Shown: positions 12,781-26,142 of the stretch, piece by piece
How positions within the stretch are numbered: the first letter of the stretch is position 1
How the letters are laid out: each line of letters begins with the position of its first letter
The notes under the pieces: generated by a model
Told to the model about the DNA's origin: nothing
The model's database searches: none
The model's input: the letters and a program-made list of their open reading frames with translations, nothing else
Made by a program: the position numbers and the translations under genes
Source: Podarcis filfolensis
Lineage: Eukaryota
Length of the DNA: 64,000 nucleotides
Assembly (NCBI GenBank): GCA_964270895.1
Contig: OZ185441.1
Strand: one strand, 5' to 3'

Positions 12781-15700
12781 ATAATTAAATTTTGGAATAA
12801 TATTGGTTCATGGCATATGGGTGAATTCAAACATACATTTTATCTCTTGATAGTTGCAACAATAAGGGATAACTTCCAGATGTAAAACAACTGCCACAGA
12901 CCAGAATACCCCAAACAAGTTTTTATATTATTTAAAGGAAAGAGTTTTGAATTAATGCAGTTTATATGTTCGTATGTGATCCATTGAGAAGGCAATCCTA
13001 TACCCAGTTACCCAACAGTTAAGTCTCATTGTGTTCACTACGACTTAGTTCTGAACAGAAGGATTGAACTTCATGTTAATTAATATCAGGTAGAGCAAGT
13101 GAGGAACCTGTGGACCTGTCAGTGGTCAGGGACAACAAGAATTGCAGTCCAGTAACATCTGGAGGGTCTGTTTCACCTACCAATTGTGAACCATGGTCTT
13201 TCCATCTAGACTTTACACTAAAGCACAGTTTAGCTTCTATAACCATGGTTTAGTGTGTAATCTGAATTGAATCAGCGAGTCAAAACTGTGGCAAAATTTA
13301 ATCAAGGTTTTCCAACACACTATCCACTGGCCTAAACTTACCCACTTAGAAAGCAGAGAATCATCAACAAATATACAAGCACATCTGAATCAATGTAACA
13401 CTTTGTTCATTTTGATAGCTAATGGAAAGAGAGCACAGACACTTATTTTAATTCTGCATGACCTGGAAACACCAAATATGGCTACACCACCAGAATTCTA
13501 AGTTTCGTTATGAAAATAGAAAAGGACTGCTTGTAATCTTGCCATAATGGATTTTTTTCTTTAAAAAAAAATACAGATCTTTAATTAGTCCTTTTAAACA
13601 TTAAGCTCATTTAGAAACTTAAGAGCTACAATTCTCTATCAAACTTGACATGCATGCAATTATGTTCTCAGCGGATAAAAATGTGCCAGCAGGAAGATCC
13701 GTTCTCCTAATGCAATGCATCCCTACCACCCAGGAATCTGAAGCTCTCATCAGAATTCATAATCCCCAAACATGAAGCCCATGTTTTCATAGTTTCAGAT
13801 TTGGAGCTCTTGCGAGGATTTGAATAAAAAAACAGCTACTTCCGAAACATGACATCAAGCTCAGACCATGAATATGTGACATCTGCATTTTCTCTCAGTT
13901 GCTCATAGGTTTATATTTCTTATTAAGCCTTAGCTAAGATTAGAGAAAGCTGGCTCATATTTCTAACCTGACTAAATAATGTCCTAGTTGCAATAAGAAC
14001 CACAGTTCTACATTCCTTTATTATTGTTCCATTGCCATCTTTTTTGCTTTTTGAAGCTAGTGTGGCGTGCAAATCTATGGACTGCACCTTACAAAATGCC
14101 TCTTTCATCATAATTCTACAGCTGTTTGTAATAGCAAAGGACCAAATTCTAAACATGAATATAAGTGCCATCTATCTCAACAATATTCAGTGCAAACAAC
14201 TGGTTGATGAGGTAATGGTTTATTGACTATTCAAATGATTTACTTCCATTCACCAGATTCAGATTGGTACAGTAAGGGTATGTGTGAAGCATAATCTAAT
14301 TTGGGGGAGGAGACACTGTCTTATCCATATCCTTAATAGGTTTCAAACAAGAACTGGCATGCCTCTTACCCACGTTCTATATCCACAAATTATTCTGAAA
14401 CTTGTTCAGAATTTATCTTGAACCCTTTTGTATTTCACTAATCTTCTTTTCAGTAAAAGTTAAGACCTTGGTGAGAGCTCATTCATTCATATTTTACATT
14501 TCCCCTTTCCTGTCTGATAAATGAATGATACAATGTTGACCCCATTATGTATTTGATTCTGTTGGGGGCTGAGTTTGAATTGCAGGGGATAGAACTGTCG
14601 GTATTGTTATATTTATTCTTTTACAGAGCAATAAATGCTACTTAATTAAGGAGCAGAGAATTCTCATATTGTGGAACAGTTGTAGTCTTTGAAATGTTAA
14701 CCATCAAAAGACTCCACACACCAGAAGTTGTGCTGATCTTCATGGCACTACACCCCTAACACAGCTCCACCATCCTCCATATATAGGATTTTATTACTGG
14801 ACAGACTAAATATTTAAGTCAGATAACTTTAAAAAAAAAATCTCGTTTCAGAAATTTAAATTTTGCTATTTTTCAGAAATTAGAAAACTTCAGGCTAATG
14901 TGTACACATTAGCGGTTTAACACACAGTGCGGTTGTTTCCTTCCATTACGTTCCTAGTCACATTCTTACCTTGCTGTACACACCTGAGAGGGAGCAAGTG
15001 TCTCTTCAAGCAATGTGCACTACCTGATTTGTTTCATCACACCCACAACCTCCCCAACTCCTATTCAATGAAGCTGTGGCTGGCACATTTTCTGCCATGC
15101 GTGCCTGCACAATGGCTGTTTGAAGTGGCCCCCACCTCAGCTTAACTGGGGCTTATGTTTTCAAATCGCATGGAAGCTGGCTGGGAAAATGCATCAAAAA
15201 GGGGTATTGATCAAAAAATGGCAGGATCTCTACAGATTGTGCCTAACACCATGTGAACTCAGTTTCAAACACCAGTGGTGGGAGCACACTGGAGACGTTG
15301 TAGACAGTAATGTGTACATAGCCTAAAACAACGTTGTCAGTGTAAAGTGTTATTCTTCCCACAAACTATTCTTGTCATTGCATGGCTAGCTGTAACTCAT
15401 TGGATACTGCTTATGATGTCACCAACAATCAGTAGGCCAACATCCATGTCCAGGGTCTGCTATTTTTAAAGGAAGGGGGGGAAAGGCTATCTCCATTGAT
15501 TGTATGTCTTGATTTCACTTCTGACTACACCTCTAATTATCCCCATAACCGGAACCATTTTAAAGCTACCTCCACAGACCCTAATTCACAGGAGGCTTAA
15601 GAACTGGCTACCTGCCAGTCTTAGGCATCTAAGCTGCCCATGACAACTCCTGGTTTGAGTTGCAGCCAACTGGTTTGGTTTAACCCTGACCAGCTATTTT

Positions 15701-17129
15701 TCCCACAGAGATCCATTTGTACTGAGACATTTCTTCATTCAAATGATGGAGCATTAGAACATTTGCTGTACAACTTTCATCTAACCACTCCTGGCGACAA
15801 AAGGTATACACATATAAGAAGAGAAGTCACCTTATGATGTTCCGACAAAGAAGAATAGAATAGAATGTATGCCATTTGTGTTCCCATACTTCTGAAATGC
15901 ACTTTACTGTAGAATAAAGCAAGGTTCTTTCTTTGTCTTCTTTTATAGTAAAAACAACCTTTTTCTCCATGGTGTCAAGGCAATGTTTTGAGTGGGGCTG
16001 AGATTACTTTTAAAGGGGTGATTGAGGGTGGCAAAATGTCTTGGAAAGAAGGTCCTTAACTCTTTCCCACCCACTGCTTCCTTGCTCAGGTTGCCGCCTA
16101 GCTTTCAACTGCATGCTTATGCTTTTCTTATAATGCTCCATTTTATTAGCTTAAAGTAACTAATAATATTTTTTCTATTAAGGAGCAATAACATGCCCAT
16201 CATATAAATGATAAAAATAACTTTGATTTCTTTTACATAGCCTTGTAAAACCTTTTTTTAAAAAAACCAAACCATCTCATTGTCTCCAAAATAAGGCTTT
16301 TAGAGCTACAACAATATCCCCCCCCCCCGATAGTTTGAATGGTGCCAGACGTGGATCTTGAACAAGCCCCCCTGGAATTTAGCTTTCAGTTCTACAAATG
16401 CAAAGCCATGACTTCATACTCCCAAAGAGATAATCAGAATGTTGTGTTGCTCACCAGATGAAATGTTCCTGACCAATGCTACAGCTCTATGGAAACTTTT
16501 CTGGAAGTTAAGGTCCACTAAAATTATGAGACTTGCTTCTGAGCAGCTATGCACTGCACTGTGAGATCTAAATGCCTGTCTACTCTGCATTTTCGAAGCC
16601 CAAATATTTTCTTTTAGCAGACTATCCAGTTGTTGCTATTCTTCATTCCTGAAGCAGCTACATTTCAGCAAGGAAATGTGTATACATACCCTGAAATGTT
16701 CAGTATGTATTCCCGTTACTATATTAGAAGTGGGGCTCCACAACAAAATGTTGCAGTGCATCCTTGGTGTGCATGTGTTACCTGAGCCTGTGGCTGAGGG
16801 GGCTGTTGCCTCAGGATTGTGGAGGAGGTTCTCCCTCTGTACAGGAGCAGTGACACCCAGCAGTTCCCTCCTGTATGTGATAAGTGTGCCTTCTCAATGG
16901 GTTGCTCAAAATTTGTTTTCATTAAGAGAACCACAAGTCCCCTCACTATCCACTTCGCCAGCTCTCTTCCCATCTTCTCTGACACTCATCCAATCTTCTT
17001 TCTCCACTCTGCTCTTGCCTCCCACTTTCTAGCATGTCATCTAAATCGGGGCTTGTGGGCAAGCTCTTTCTTTGCTAGGCATGAATGGAAACAAATGCTT
17101 GTTCTTGGTTATAGTTCATCATCACAAAG

Positions 17130-17295
17130 CAGTGCCACCACCCATAACTCAGATGGCAGCTCCAGAAGGATACCATGGTTGATGGTATCAAAAGCTGCTG
17201 AGAGGTCAATGAGAATTAACAAGCATGCATTTCCCCTATCTCTCTCCCAGCAGAGGTCATTATACAGGGTGTCCAAAAGGGCTCCATGTAGAGAG
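17130..17295 (-). mobile_element. L2 LINE reverse-transcriptase remnant
   Basis: Minus strand reads ...LYNDLCWERDRG... and ...LLILIDLSAAFDTINHGILL, an L2 RT signature. Confidence 0.7.
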
Positions 17296-18770
17296 GAAGG
17301 GTGCTAAAGGGTGATTGTGTCAATGGCCCAAGCCATTTGGATGTTCCAGAGGTTGGCCAGGGCTTTGACAAGAGTGCCAGTCATATTAGCTGGAAAATTC
17401 ATGAAAGCCATCTGGAAACCCATTGGATCCCTCAGCCTCTGAGATTAGACCATCCTAATAGATTCCCCACCTCTGCAGAGGGGGGAAATGTGCTGAAAGC
17501 TTTGGCTTAGCTCAGTGTGGTGTGGTGTGGCAGCAAAAAGGATCTGGTAGGAGCAAGCTCTTATCTCGGAGCCTTCACATGGTTCTGCTAAGCCATAGTT
17601 TGGCACAATGTGAACATGTAAACCAGGCTTATATAGCTACTTCCACTAAAAAGGATCTCCACACACCTAGTTTAGCATTCCTTGTCCATGGAAGCAGTTA
17701 TGTGTGGTCTTATTCTCCTTTAACACCACACTATTCACATTAGCTAAAACAAACACATCAAATGCATAAATTAGCTTCAAGAGTTTATTTTCCTCTCTGG
17801 CTGAAAGTGCAAAGGCCCACCATAAATGGATTAGTGAATGTATGGCCTTGCACTCCCCCCCCAATATCTTAAGATAAAACAGTACATTGGGTAAGCATGT
17901 TGTATTATATATGTGCTTTCTTATATGTTTGATTTAATATTCTCTTCCATTTCCCTTCTTTCAGATTATTCATGAGATTTGCCTTAGGCTACTCAAAAGC
18001 AATAGCCTAAACCCCCATCAGTGTAAAAATGTTGGGTTCTGCACCTAAGAAAACTAGTCACTAAAAGGACAATGGTAGAGTTGGAAAGGTGTTTTGTCAC
18101 ATAAGAAAGGGGACTATAAGCCAAACTAGAAATTCCTATCGATCTGGATATAAATAAATGAGCTCCAAGAAGGTTGACAGCTATCCTAAGTGAAGTTTCA
18201 CTGTGAAAGAACCAGAAATTTTGGGGGGAGGGATTGAAATATACATTATACCTACTTAAAAAAATTAAATGAAACCTAAACTTATTTTACACCTTTAATA
18301 AACATAAAAGGGAGCATTTCTAATTTAGGATATAAAATTGTCCTTTTGGTATATAAACGAAAACTATAGATGCCTAGTTTTGTATCAACAAAAGTATGAA
18401 TATATCCCGACAATACATCTTTCTTCTGTGGGTACAGTGGTACCTCGGGTTACATATGCTTCAGGTTACATACACTTCAGGTTACAGACTCCACTAATCC
18501 AGAAATAGTACCTCGGGTTAAGAACTTTTCTTCAGGATAAGAACAGAAATCGGGCTCCGGCGGTGCGGCGGCAGCAGGAGGCCCCATTAGCTAAAGTGAT
18601 GCTTTAGGTTAAGAACAGTTTCAGGTTAAGAACGGACCTCTGGAACGAATTAAGTACTTAATAATAAATAATAATAATAATAAATTTTATTTACCGGTAT
18701 ATCCCGCCCTCCCCAGCCGAAGCTGGGCTCAAGGCGGCTAACAACAATCAAAATAATCCAACATTCTAAA

Positions 18771-19039
18771 CAAAAAAAAATTTCCTTCCAGTAGCACCTT
18801 AAAGACCAACTAAGTTAGTTCTTGGTATGAGCTTTCGTGTGCATGCACACTTCTTCAGATACACTGAAACAGAAGTTGCCAGATCCTTCTGGCAACTTCT
18901 GTTTCAGTGTATCTGAAGAAGTGTGCATGCACACGAAAGCTCATACCAAGAACTAACTTAGTTGGTCTTTAAGGTGCTACTGGAAGGAAATTTTTTTTTT
19001 TTTTTTTGACTATGGCAGACCAACACGGCTACCTATCTG
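18771..19039. mobile_element. Penelope-like element remnant with inverted pLTR (perfect hairpin)
   Basis: Arms 18772-18883 and 18888-18999, 4-nt loop; 12-bp TSD CAACATTCTAAA (18759-18770, 19040-19051); hammerhead core typical of Penelope-like elements. Confidence 0.8.
18909..18946 (+). ncRNA. Minimal type I hammerhead ribozyme motif (mirror copy at 18825-18862 on minus)
   Basis: GUAU-CUGAAGA-A-GUGUGCAUGCACAC-GAAA-GCUC-AUAC: catalytic core, palindromic helix II, AGCU palindrome as helix III, GUAU/AUAC helix I. Confidence 0.7.
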
Positions 19040-22000
19040 CAACATTCTAAAAACATTCATTATAAAATTAATTAAAATCAAATTAAAATCAAATTGATGG
19101 CAACCATTAAGCAAAATTCTGTGCAGATTGCCAGAGGAGGGGGTCAGGCTGCGCCCTGACCAAAGGCCTGGTGGAACAGCTCTGTCTTGCAGGCCCTGCG
19201 GAAAGATGTCAGGTCCCGCAGGGCCCTAGTCTCTTGTGACAGAGCGTTCCACCAGATTGGAGCTGCGGCCGAGAAAGCCCTGGCTCTAGTTGAGGCTTAA
19301 CCCGAGGTACCACTGTATTTGTTAGACCTCAATTCTCACCCAACATTTCAGATTTTTCCTCTTAAGCTTTGGCATACACAACAGTTCTTTTGCAGTTTCT
19401 GCTCTAACACCTTCTGATATTTTTATTCTCCAGCAAGGCTGGGCAATAAGCTGCTTAAAAAAACGACAACCCACAGAAGGGTATCTGTGCCAATGAGGAG
19501 TAGGTGATAGGTTTGACCAGAAGGGAGGACCAAAGCCAGAATGACAGCAGAAGCAGAATATTTGGCTTGACTGGTCTTTGGAAGAAGACAAGCAGCAATT
19601 CATGCTCTTCTTATGAAAATGGCCACATCCTCTAGGTGGAGAAATCAATCTTCATTCTGACAGTTGCATATGTTACAATTACCATTCTCTATTGTTTTGA
19701 CTGATTAAAAAAAAACTTTAACAGCATCTCAATCATTCTAAAAACAGTTTGCTTTTCATAGACACTTTTCCCAGTTTCCCCCAATATTTTTCCACTGGAA
19801 AACATGTTATAAAGTAGTTGGAAATAAACAAGGAGGCAAAGTTCACCTGTTTCTTTTTTTACCCTTCCCCTGTCCTGGCTACCACATCTCTACTGATAAG
19901 TATGCTGGCTCATCTATAACAATCTGTCAGGTCTATGACCTATGTAATAGCTAGTAAACATAAATAAGAAGCCAGACCACAAAGAATATAAAATCTTAAA
20001 ATTAAATAGCAGACGCGTGCTAGCTTTTTCTCCTCTCAATAAAACCTTCTGGAGATGAAAGAAGATGACATGTCCTAAATTATATCAGTGAAGAACAAAG
20101 GCAGCAGACACAGATGCTACACCACAGCAACTTTTGTTTCCTTCAGGCATTTGAAGCTCCTAGGCTTCCAAGCAGATGCTGTTTATAGCACAGCTGAAAA
20201 TTGCTGAAAGTTTATATGAATGGAAGCTGAGATGCCAAACCACCAACTTGGAATGTGAAACATTTCCCACCACTGGGGAAAGCAGTCACCCTGTCAACCT
20301 CAGTTACTTATTGCACCATATATGTACTCCAGGAAAAGGCAAATGAATCCCAACTCAACAGGTTTCTTCAGAAATTTAGGAAATCTATAGCAAACTCCCA
20401 ATTGATCAGGCTAACTGATGTACATACTACATCCACGATCACAGGCACCATGTCTCCTAATACCATTTGCTGATGAGAAACAAAGGAAATGCCTATTGCC
20501 ATCATGTACTGCCTGAGGGTTTCCCATAGGCAGCTGGTTGCCCATTGCAGAAAACACGATGCTGGATTACTGATAGACCTCTGATCTGATCCATCACAAC
20601 GTTCATGCAAGCCACTGAACTGAAACTGTTCTTTCTGCATAGCCCAGCCACTTCACCAACATAACTTCACCTTAGGCTCTGTTTCTTGGTCACATTAAAT
20701 TGTAACAGGACCTAGGAATTTTCATACAGTTGCCTCTGTTGCCATTTTGCTGTATATTTTTGGAACAAACACATAATGAGTGCAAATGAAACCTGACTCA
20801 ACACTGGCCTTTCTCCCATTCACAAAGTTTTACTATCATTTCAAGAACAAAGCGCTGTCTTCAGTAGCTTGTAAACCTTATATATCTACAGATTCTTCAA
20901 GGCATATAGATGTTCAGCAATGAAACAACTGCTTTAGTGATCTTTATTCACATCCATGGCTCATATTTTATTGGAATTCCCCTATTGCTTTCATCTGTCA
21001 CAGCAAAAAAGAGATCTTGCAGCAGAATGCAGGATTGCCTCAAACCAAGTGGGATGGCAGAGAAATTTTGCATAGCACAGTAGCCATTTTCTTTCAAGAC
21101 AAAAGTTTTGGAAAGTGTTCCAAAAACTATGGAAAGAGGTACATAAGCGAACAGGTAGAAATGGCAGAATATTATTCTTTATCCATTTTATTTATATACC
21201 ACCCTTCCTATCAATGGAGCCAAGGGCAGTGAACAATGTAAATAACAGCACTTGTACACAATGATTAGAAAACTAAAATAACAAAACGTGATACAGCAGC
21301 ACAACAAAACTGCTAAGACCCAGAGGAAAAAATATGTCTCAAAAGCCCAAACGAACAAAAATGTTTTCAGTTGACATCTAAAACATGACAACATAGGGGA
21401 TGATCACACAGGAAATTCCACAGTTGAGGTGCTTGCTGCCACCAAGAAGCACCCATCTCAAGTCATCACACACCACGGGTCATGCCCATTGCCAGGATCT
21501 TAAGCAGGATCTCCTTGGCTGATCTCAAAGCATTGATCTATTGGTATTGGAGGAGGCTGTCAATTAAGCACATGGGTTCTGGACCAATTATAGGGCATTG
21601 TACACTTGTATCAATGGTTCGAAGTGGACCCAGTAACTCACAGACAGAGAGTGCAGTGTTTTAAGAATTGGGGTTATATGATCCCGCCTAGCTGCCTGCA
21701 ACAAGTAACCAATGGGAAAAGTTTGATTCAAATCTTTCTCACCTAGGTCTCAGTAATACACACCAGTTTACAGGTAGCTCTTTCATCAGCAGTCATGCTG
21801 CAACAGAGTGTTGTTTTGTTGTAGACTGACCTGGTGTTCACTAACAGCACCATCAGGTGGGAGGGTAGGTTGGCCTGACTACCCAAGGCTTGCTGGTTGG
21901 GGAAAGACAGAGTTTCCAGTGTCTTGTAGTGCTACTCCTGAGATGACTAAATATAAAATCCTTGGCCATTGGCCATGCTGGCTAGGCCTGATGGAAACTG

Positions 22001-22795
22001 TACCCAAAACATCTGGAGGGCTACAGATTCCCTATCCCTGATCTAGAACTTCAGTGCTGCTTGAAGTGTGGTTACTGCTGGTGAAGTTCCTGTGTCATCC
22101 TTAACAAAGCAAGCAGGGAACGTCTTGCAGTACCACCTCTTAAACGAAAGCACATTGCAGCCTGATGCTATTGTATTTCAGGAGTATAGAGTTGCATTAC
22201 TGTAGATCACTGGCACAGTGGTGGCCAAAAGGCATTTACAGCAACATGAAACTGAATCATTGCGAGTCCTGTCTTGGTCCACCTCTCCATGCATCTTCTC
22301 TGCCTACATTTCAAGGCTGTGTGTGGTGCGAACATTGTGGGGGGCCAGCTCAGTGCCACTAGCACGTCCTGCTGTAATGGGAAAAGGTTTTTGGATGCTA
22401 CTGCAGCAATCATTGTGTTGGGATTTTTGCTATGCACTGAAAATTCTACCTCAGGACACCCTCATGAAACTGGGAGCCCTGCTGTAGTGCAATCACAGTC
22501 GTTCTCTGTGCCAGACAGACTTATTTTCTTTTTTTGCTGGACTCAGGGCATAGCAAATGTTTTATCGCTGCATGACAGGGGAGCAGTGACTATGTTCCCA
22601 CTATATTCCACTACATCAATCACCTTTTCCTCCCATTGTGTAGCCCTTATTCTTTGCTTCTCACTTTTGGCATGCCATGTCAGATACAAAAGAACTCATT
22701 TCTGGAGCCTAGTCACACTGCCACTTAGTGGACAGTGTAGATTAAAAAATATTAAAGCTTCCTTCTTCCTCTGCCCTAGTTTATTTTTCTTCATG

Positions 22796-22796
<1 letters not shown>

Positions 22797-22830
<34 letters not shown>
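22797..22830. repeat. (CA)n microsatellite
   Basis: Direct reading. Confidence 0.95.
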
Positions 22831-22834
<4 letters not shown>

Positions 22835-24309
22835 TTGAATCTAACAAATAGAACCAACACATTATTACAAAAGCACCATCTAAATAGATGTCATCATCAC
22901 AATAACACCCTGGTGTGCAAGTTCATTTGCAATGGGAAGGAACTCAGCCTCTATCTGCAGGGAGCTCTAAAGCGTGTCCACTGCCTGGCTCACGAACCAC
23001 AGTAGTGCTAACAGCAGTTTTCTTTGTTCAATTAGTTTTGTGTGTGTGCTGGTGCAGTCACTTCATGGGGCCGTTCTGCTATCACCATGTGTTCCTTGGT
23101 TCCACATGTGCATGTCTAATGTACAAACACTGTTAGTGTGCACCACCATGAATGATACCACATATGCTATAGGGGTGTCTGCTGGTGTTGGTATCTTTTT
23201 TCCTGCTTAAAATGCTATCGTTTTACTGATCATTTTATTGCAGGAAGTACATAGGATCCTAACTACATTATGCTGCTTTTTGGCATAGCAGGGCGTCAGG
23301 AATGCCCCTTAAGCCTTTGGCATTAAACAGACCTCAATGGTTTTGGGTTTTAAATTGCCCTTGTTCTTTGCCTTCTGAAATATCTGAACTTAATACTTCG
23401 GAAGATTTGCTACATGTATATATAGCCGTCCTTGAATATAGATGTTTTGGCATCTACTGTATAACGGAGGCACCACATCAAAGCTTGTGCCATCACTTTT
23501 TTCCTGTTCTGAATGTAATCTACTTAACTAGGTCAAATATATATGGCAGAAAAATATGTCACCCATTTTACAGAAGAGTGAGCTAGCCACTGGAGATTTC
23601 AGCAAAAGAGCAAATGTCACGCTATCCAGTTGACTGGGTGGAGAATGCACTGAGTCAATTTACATACTGCTGTTTTTGTTTGTTTCTAAAAGATATTAAA
23701 ATAGATCAGCAATGCACTTTTTCACCGTGGGTGAACTAAATTAAAAGCACCAGCCTAGAATTTAAGTGACAGCTGTGTAAACCCAGCAGTTCTCCATAAT
23801 TAGATTCTTTAGTGACCTGAATTCTATATGATCTGAATATAGCACAGGGGCTGCCTGTGACATGCAAATGCTGTAAAAATATATCATAATGATATTTCCT
23901 GTACCATTTATAAAACCGAGCTTATGTGTAACATGATAAAACATTAATAGAAGTGATTTAAAATGAAGAATGATTATCTGAATTTTAAATGCCAAAATTT
24001 ATCACTACAGATGGTTCCTCTACAGTTTCACTCAATCTCATCTGCAACTGAGCCATTCACTAATTTAAGCCTCCTAGACCCAACTTCAAACAATATTATA
24101 TCTCTGGTTAATTTTCTTTTTGTTGGATGCTGACATTTAATGTTCTATTTGGTTCTCTGGTACATTAACTTTGATTGTGTTAGAAGAGCATTTCGGTCAT
24201 CATGTCTCTGCTGTGTACCACAATTTGTATAAAATCCTACAATTCTAATGAATTCATAAAAGAAAGAAAGAAAAAAGAAAAAACATTTTTTCTAGCATAG
24301 GAAGCTGCA

Positions 24310-24695
24310 CGATGCCAGCTTAGACTGTGGTCTGATTTTGCACATAATGCTAAGCTATGGATTCTTCAGACTAACTATGGTTTGTTTGAATGTGAAAATC
24401 CAGCCCACCAGAGTAACAATACCAACAAACTATGATGTGGTTTGTTGCTGGCTTATGAAACATGACTTGCTTTAACCATGGTTTGGCAGTATGTCTGAGC
24501 CCAACAGCTTTGCTTAACCATGGTTTGTTTGTCCACCCCACAACAGGCACCTATCAAGCTACAGAGACATATAGCAAGAGGATTGTGAAAACAAATCAAG
24601 ATTTGAATAAACAAGTCATGCTTGCTCATCTGTCAGATGACTCACAGTTTGTGAAGCAAACCATGGTTGCAACAAATCATGGATTAGCATAATAT
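24310..24695. repeat. Old interspersed repeat rich in AACCATGGTT palindromes
   Basis: Alignable by eye to ~50680-51010; family not assigned. Confidence 0.55.
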
Positions 24696-24997
24696 GTTAA
24701 TATAAATTAACATATCTCTAACATATATATGAAGTAAATAAATAAAGCATGGCAATCCAAGACCCATACCAGCAGGATACCATGATCAGGGATACTGGAA
24801 GTCACAAAACATGTGGCAGAACCAACAGAGACAAGCTCTTCCTGTCCACCTCCTGGTATAAGCATCTTTAACAGAGCAAACAATGCTATCTCTGCCCTGT
24901 TAAAAGACTTGTGCGGGCTCTATACTAGCACATAAGTTCATTCAGGCACCTCCTCAGACTTGAAAGAGCTGGGAAAAGCACAGCCCTTTTCCTAGTA

Positions 24998-25212
24998 CAG
25001 TGGTACCTCGGGTTACATACGCTTCAGGTTACAGACTCCGCTAACCCAGAAATATTACCTCGGGTTAAGAACTTTGCTTCAGGATGAGAACAGAAATTGT
25101 GCAGCGGCAGCAGGAGGCCCCATTAGCTAAAGTGGTGCTTTAAGTTAAGAACAGTTTCAGGTTAAGAATGGACCTCCAGAATGAATTAAGCTCTTAACCC
25201 GAGGTACCACTG
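24998..25212 (+). mobile_element. Tc1/mariner-type MITE, intact (215 bp)
   Basis: TA-CAGTGGTACCTCGGGTT...AACCCGAGGTACCACTG-TA. Confidence 0.9.
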
Positions 25213-25677
25213 TACTTTAAGGCCATACAGTTGCAACAGATCAGCATTTGGACCCCATTACAGCTGGCTCTCCTTCCCCAGCCTATCAAGGCTGCAAGAG
25301 AGAGCAGAGGTAGTATGTCTCCTGAAAGAGACAGACAAGTATTCTAGCACAATCAAACCCTTGCAGAGGGTTCTATCCAATGTAGCCCTATGCAACTGTT
25401 CCATCAGCACACAAGGATTTCTGCTTGTGCAATGAGCCCTGCTTTCTCTCTCCTTCCCCTAAACCTGATCTGGGGGTTCCCTCAACCCTCTAGTGAAGGT
25501 GTGCAGAAGGAGACCCAGAAATGTGTTGTTGCACAAGAGGAAATTCCTGAACGGATGGAGCGTGGTAGTTGAATACTGCCCATACTTTCCAGTTTATTTT
25601 AAATAATGGAATCTCTCCCCACCACTCCCCATCCTCCCTGCCTTACTGCTGCAACACTATAGCCTAAAAGCACGATG

Positions 25678-26142
25678 CGGTCCTGGAGGTTCTGCTGAAT
25701 ATGATTAGAAGGGACCGGTTGGTTAAAGGTATACAGGTCGGAGCCAAACAGTACAAATTGAGAGCATTTGCAGATGATTTAGTATTAACGTTACAGGAGC
25801 CAGAATCTAGTACTAAAAGGGTTTTAGAACTAATTCAAGAATTTGGTCAAGTGGCAGGATTTAAACAGAACAAGTCAAAAACTAAGGTTTTAGAGAAAAA
25901 TTTAACACCGATTGAAAGAGAGAGGTTTCAGAATGAGACAGGTTTGAATGTGGTCAAGAAAGTGAAATACTTGGGGATTAACATGACAGCAAAAAATGGG
26001 AACTTATTTAAAGATAATTATGAAAAATGTTGGATGGAAGTGAAAAAAGATTTAGAAATTTGGTCAAATTTGAAGCTTTCCTTGTTGGGTCGAATTGCAG
26101 TTATAAAGATGAATATATTGCCTAGAATGTTGTTTTTGTTTT
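25678..26142 (+). mobile_element. Internal L1 ORF2 (RT core) fragment with TSD
   Basis: Encodes KLRAFADDLVLTLQEPESSTKRVLELIQEFG; highly similar to 34790-35250 (-); 13-bp TSD TAAAAGCACGATG. Confidence 0.9.

Larger units (their letters stand above)
18662..19295 (-). mobile_element. L2 LINE 3' end inserted in the MITE
   Basis: Minus strand reads ASTRARAFSAAAPIWWNALSQETRALRDLTSFRRACKTELFHQAFGQGAA*; (TAT)n-type tail; CTTAA duplicated at 18657-18661 and 19296-19300. Confidence 0.85.
18435..19315 (+). mobile_element. Tc1/mariner-type MITE, interrupted by nested insertions
   Basis: Terminal inverted repeat (TIR) CAGTGGTACCTCGGGTT...AACCCGAGGTACCACTG flanked by TA; intact sibling at 24998-25212. Confidence 0.9.

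Noticed and set aside
22274-23005. 243-aa plus ORF
   Set aside because: Runs through a (CA)n repeat and has no homology signal; chance ORF.
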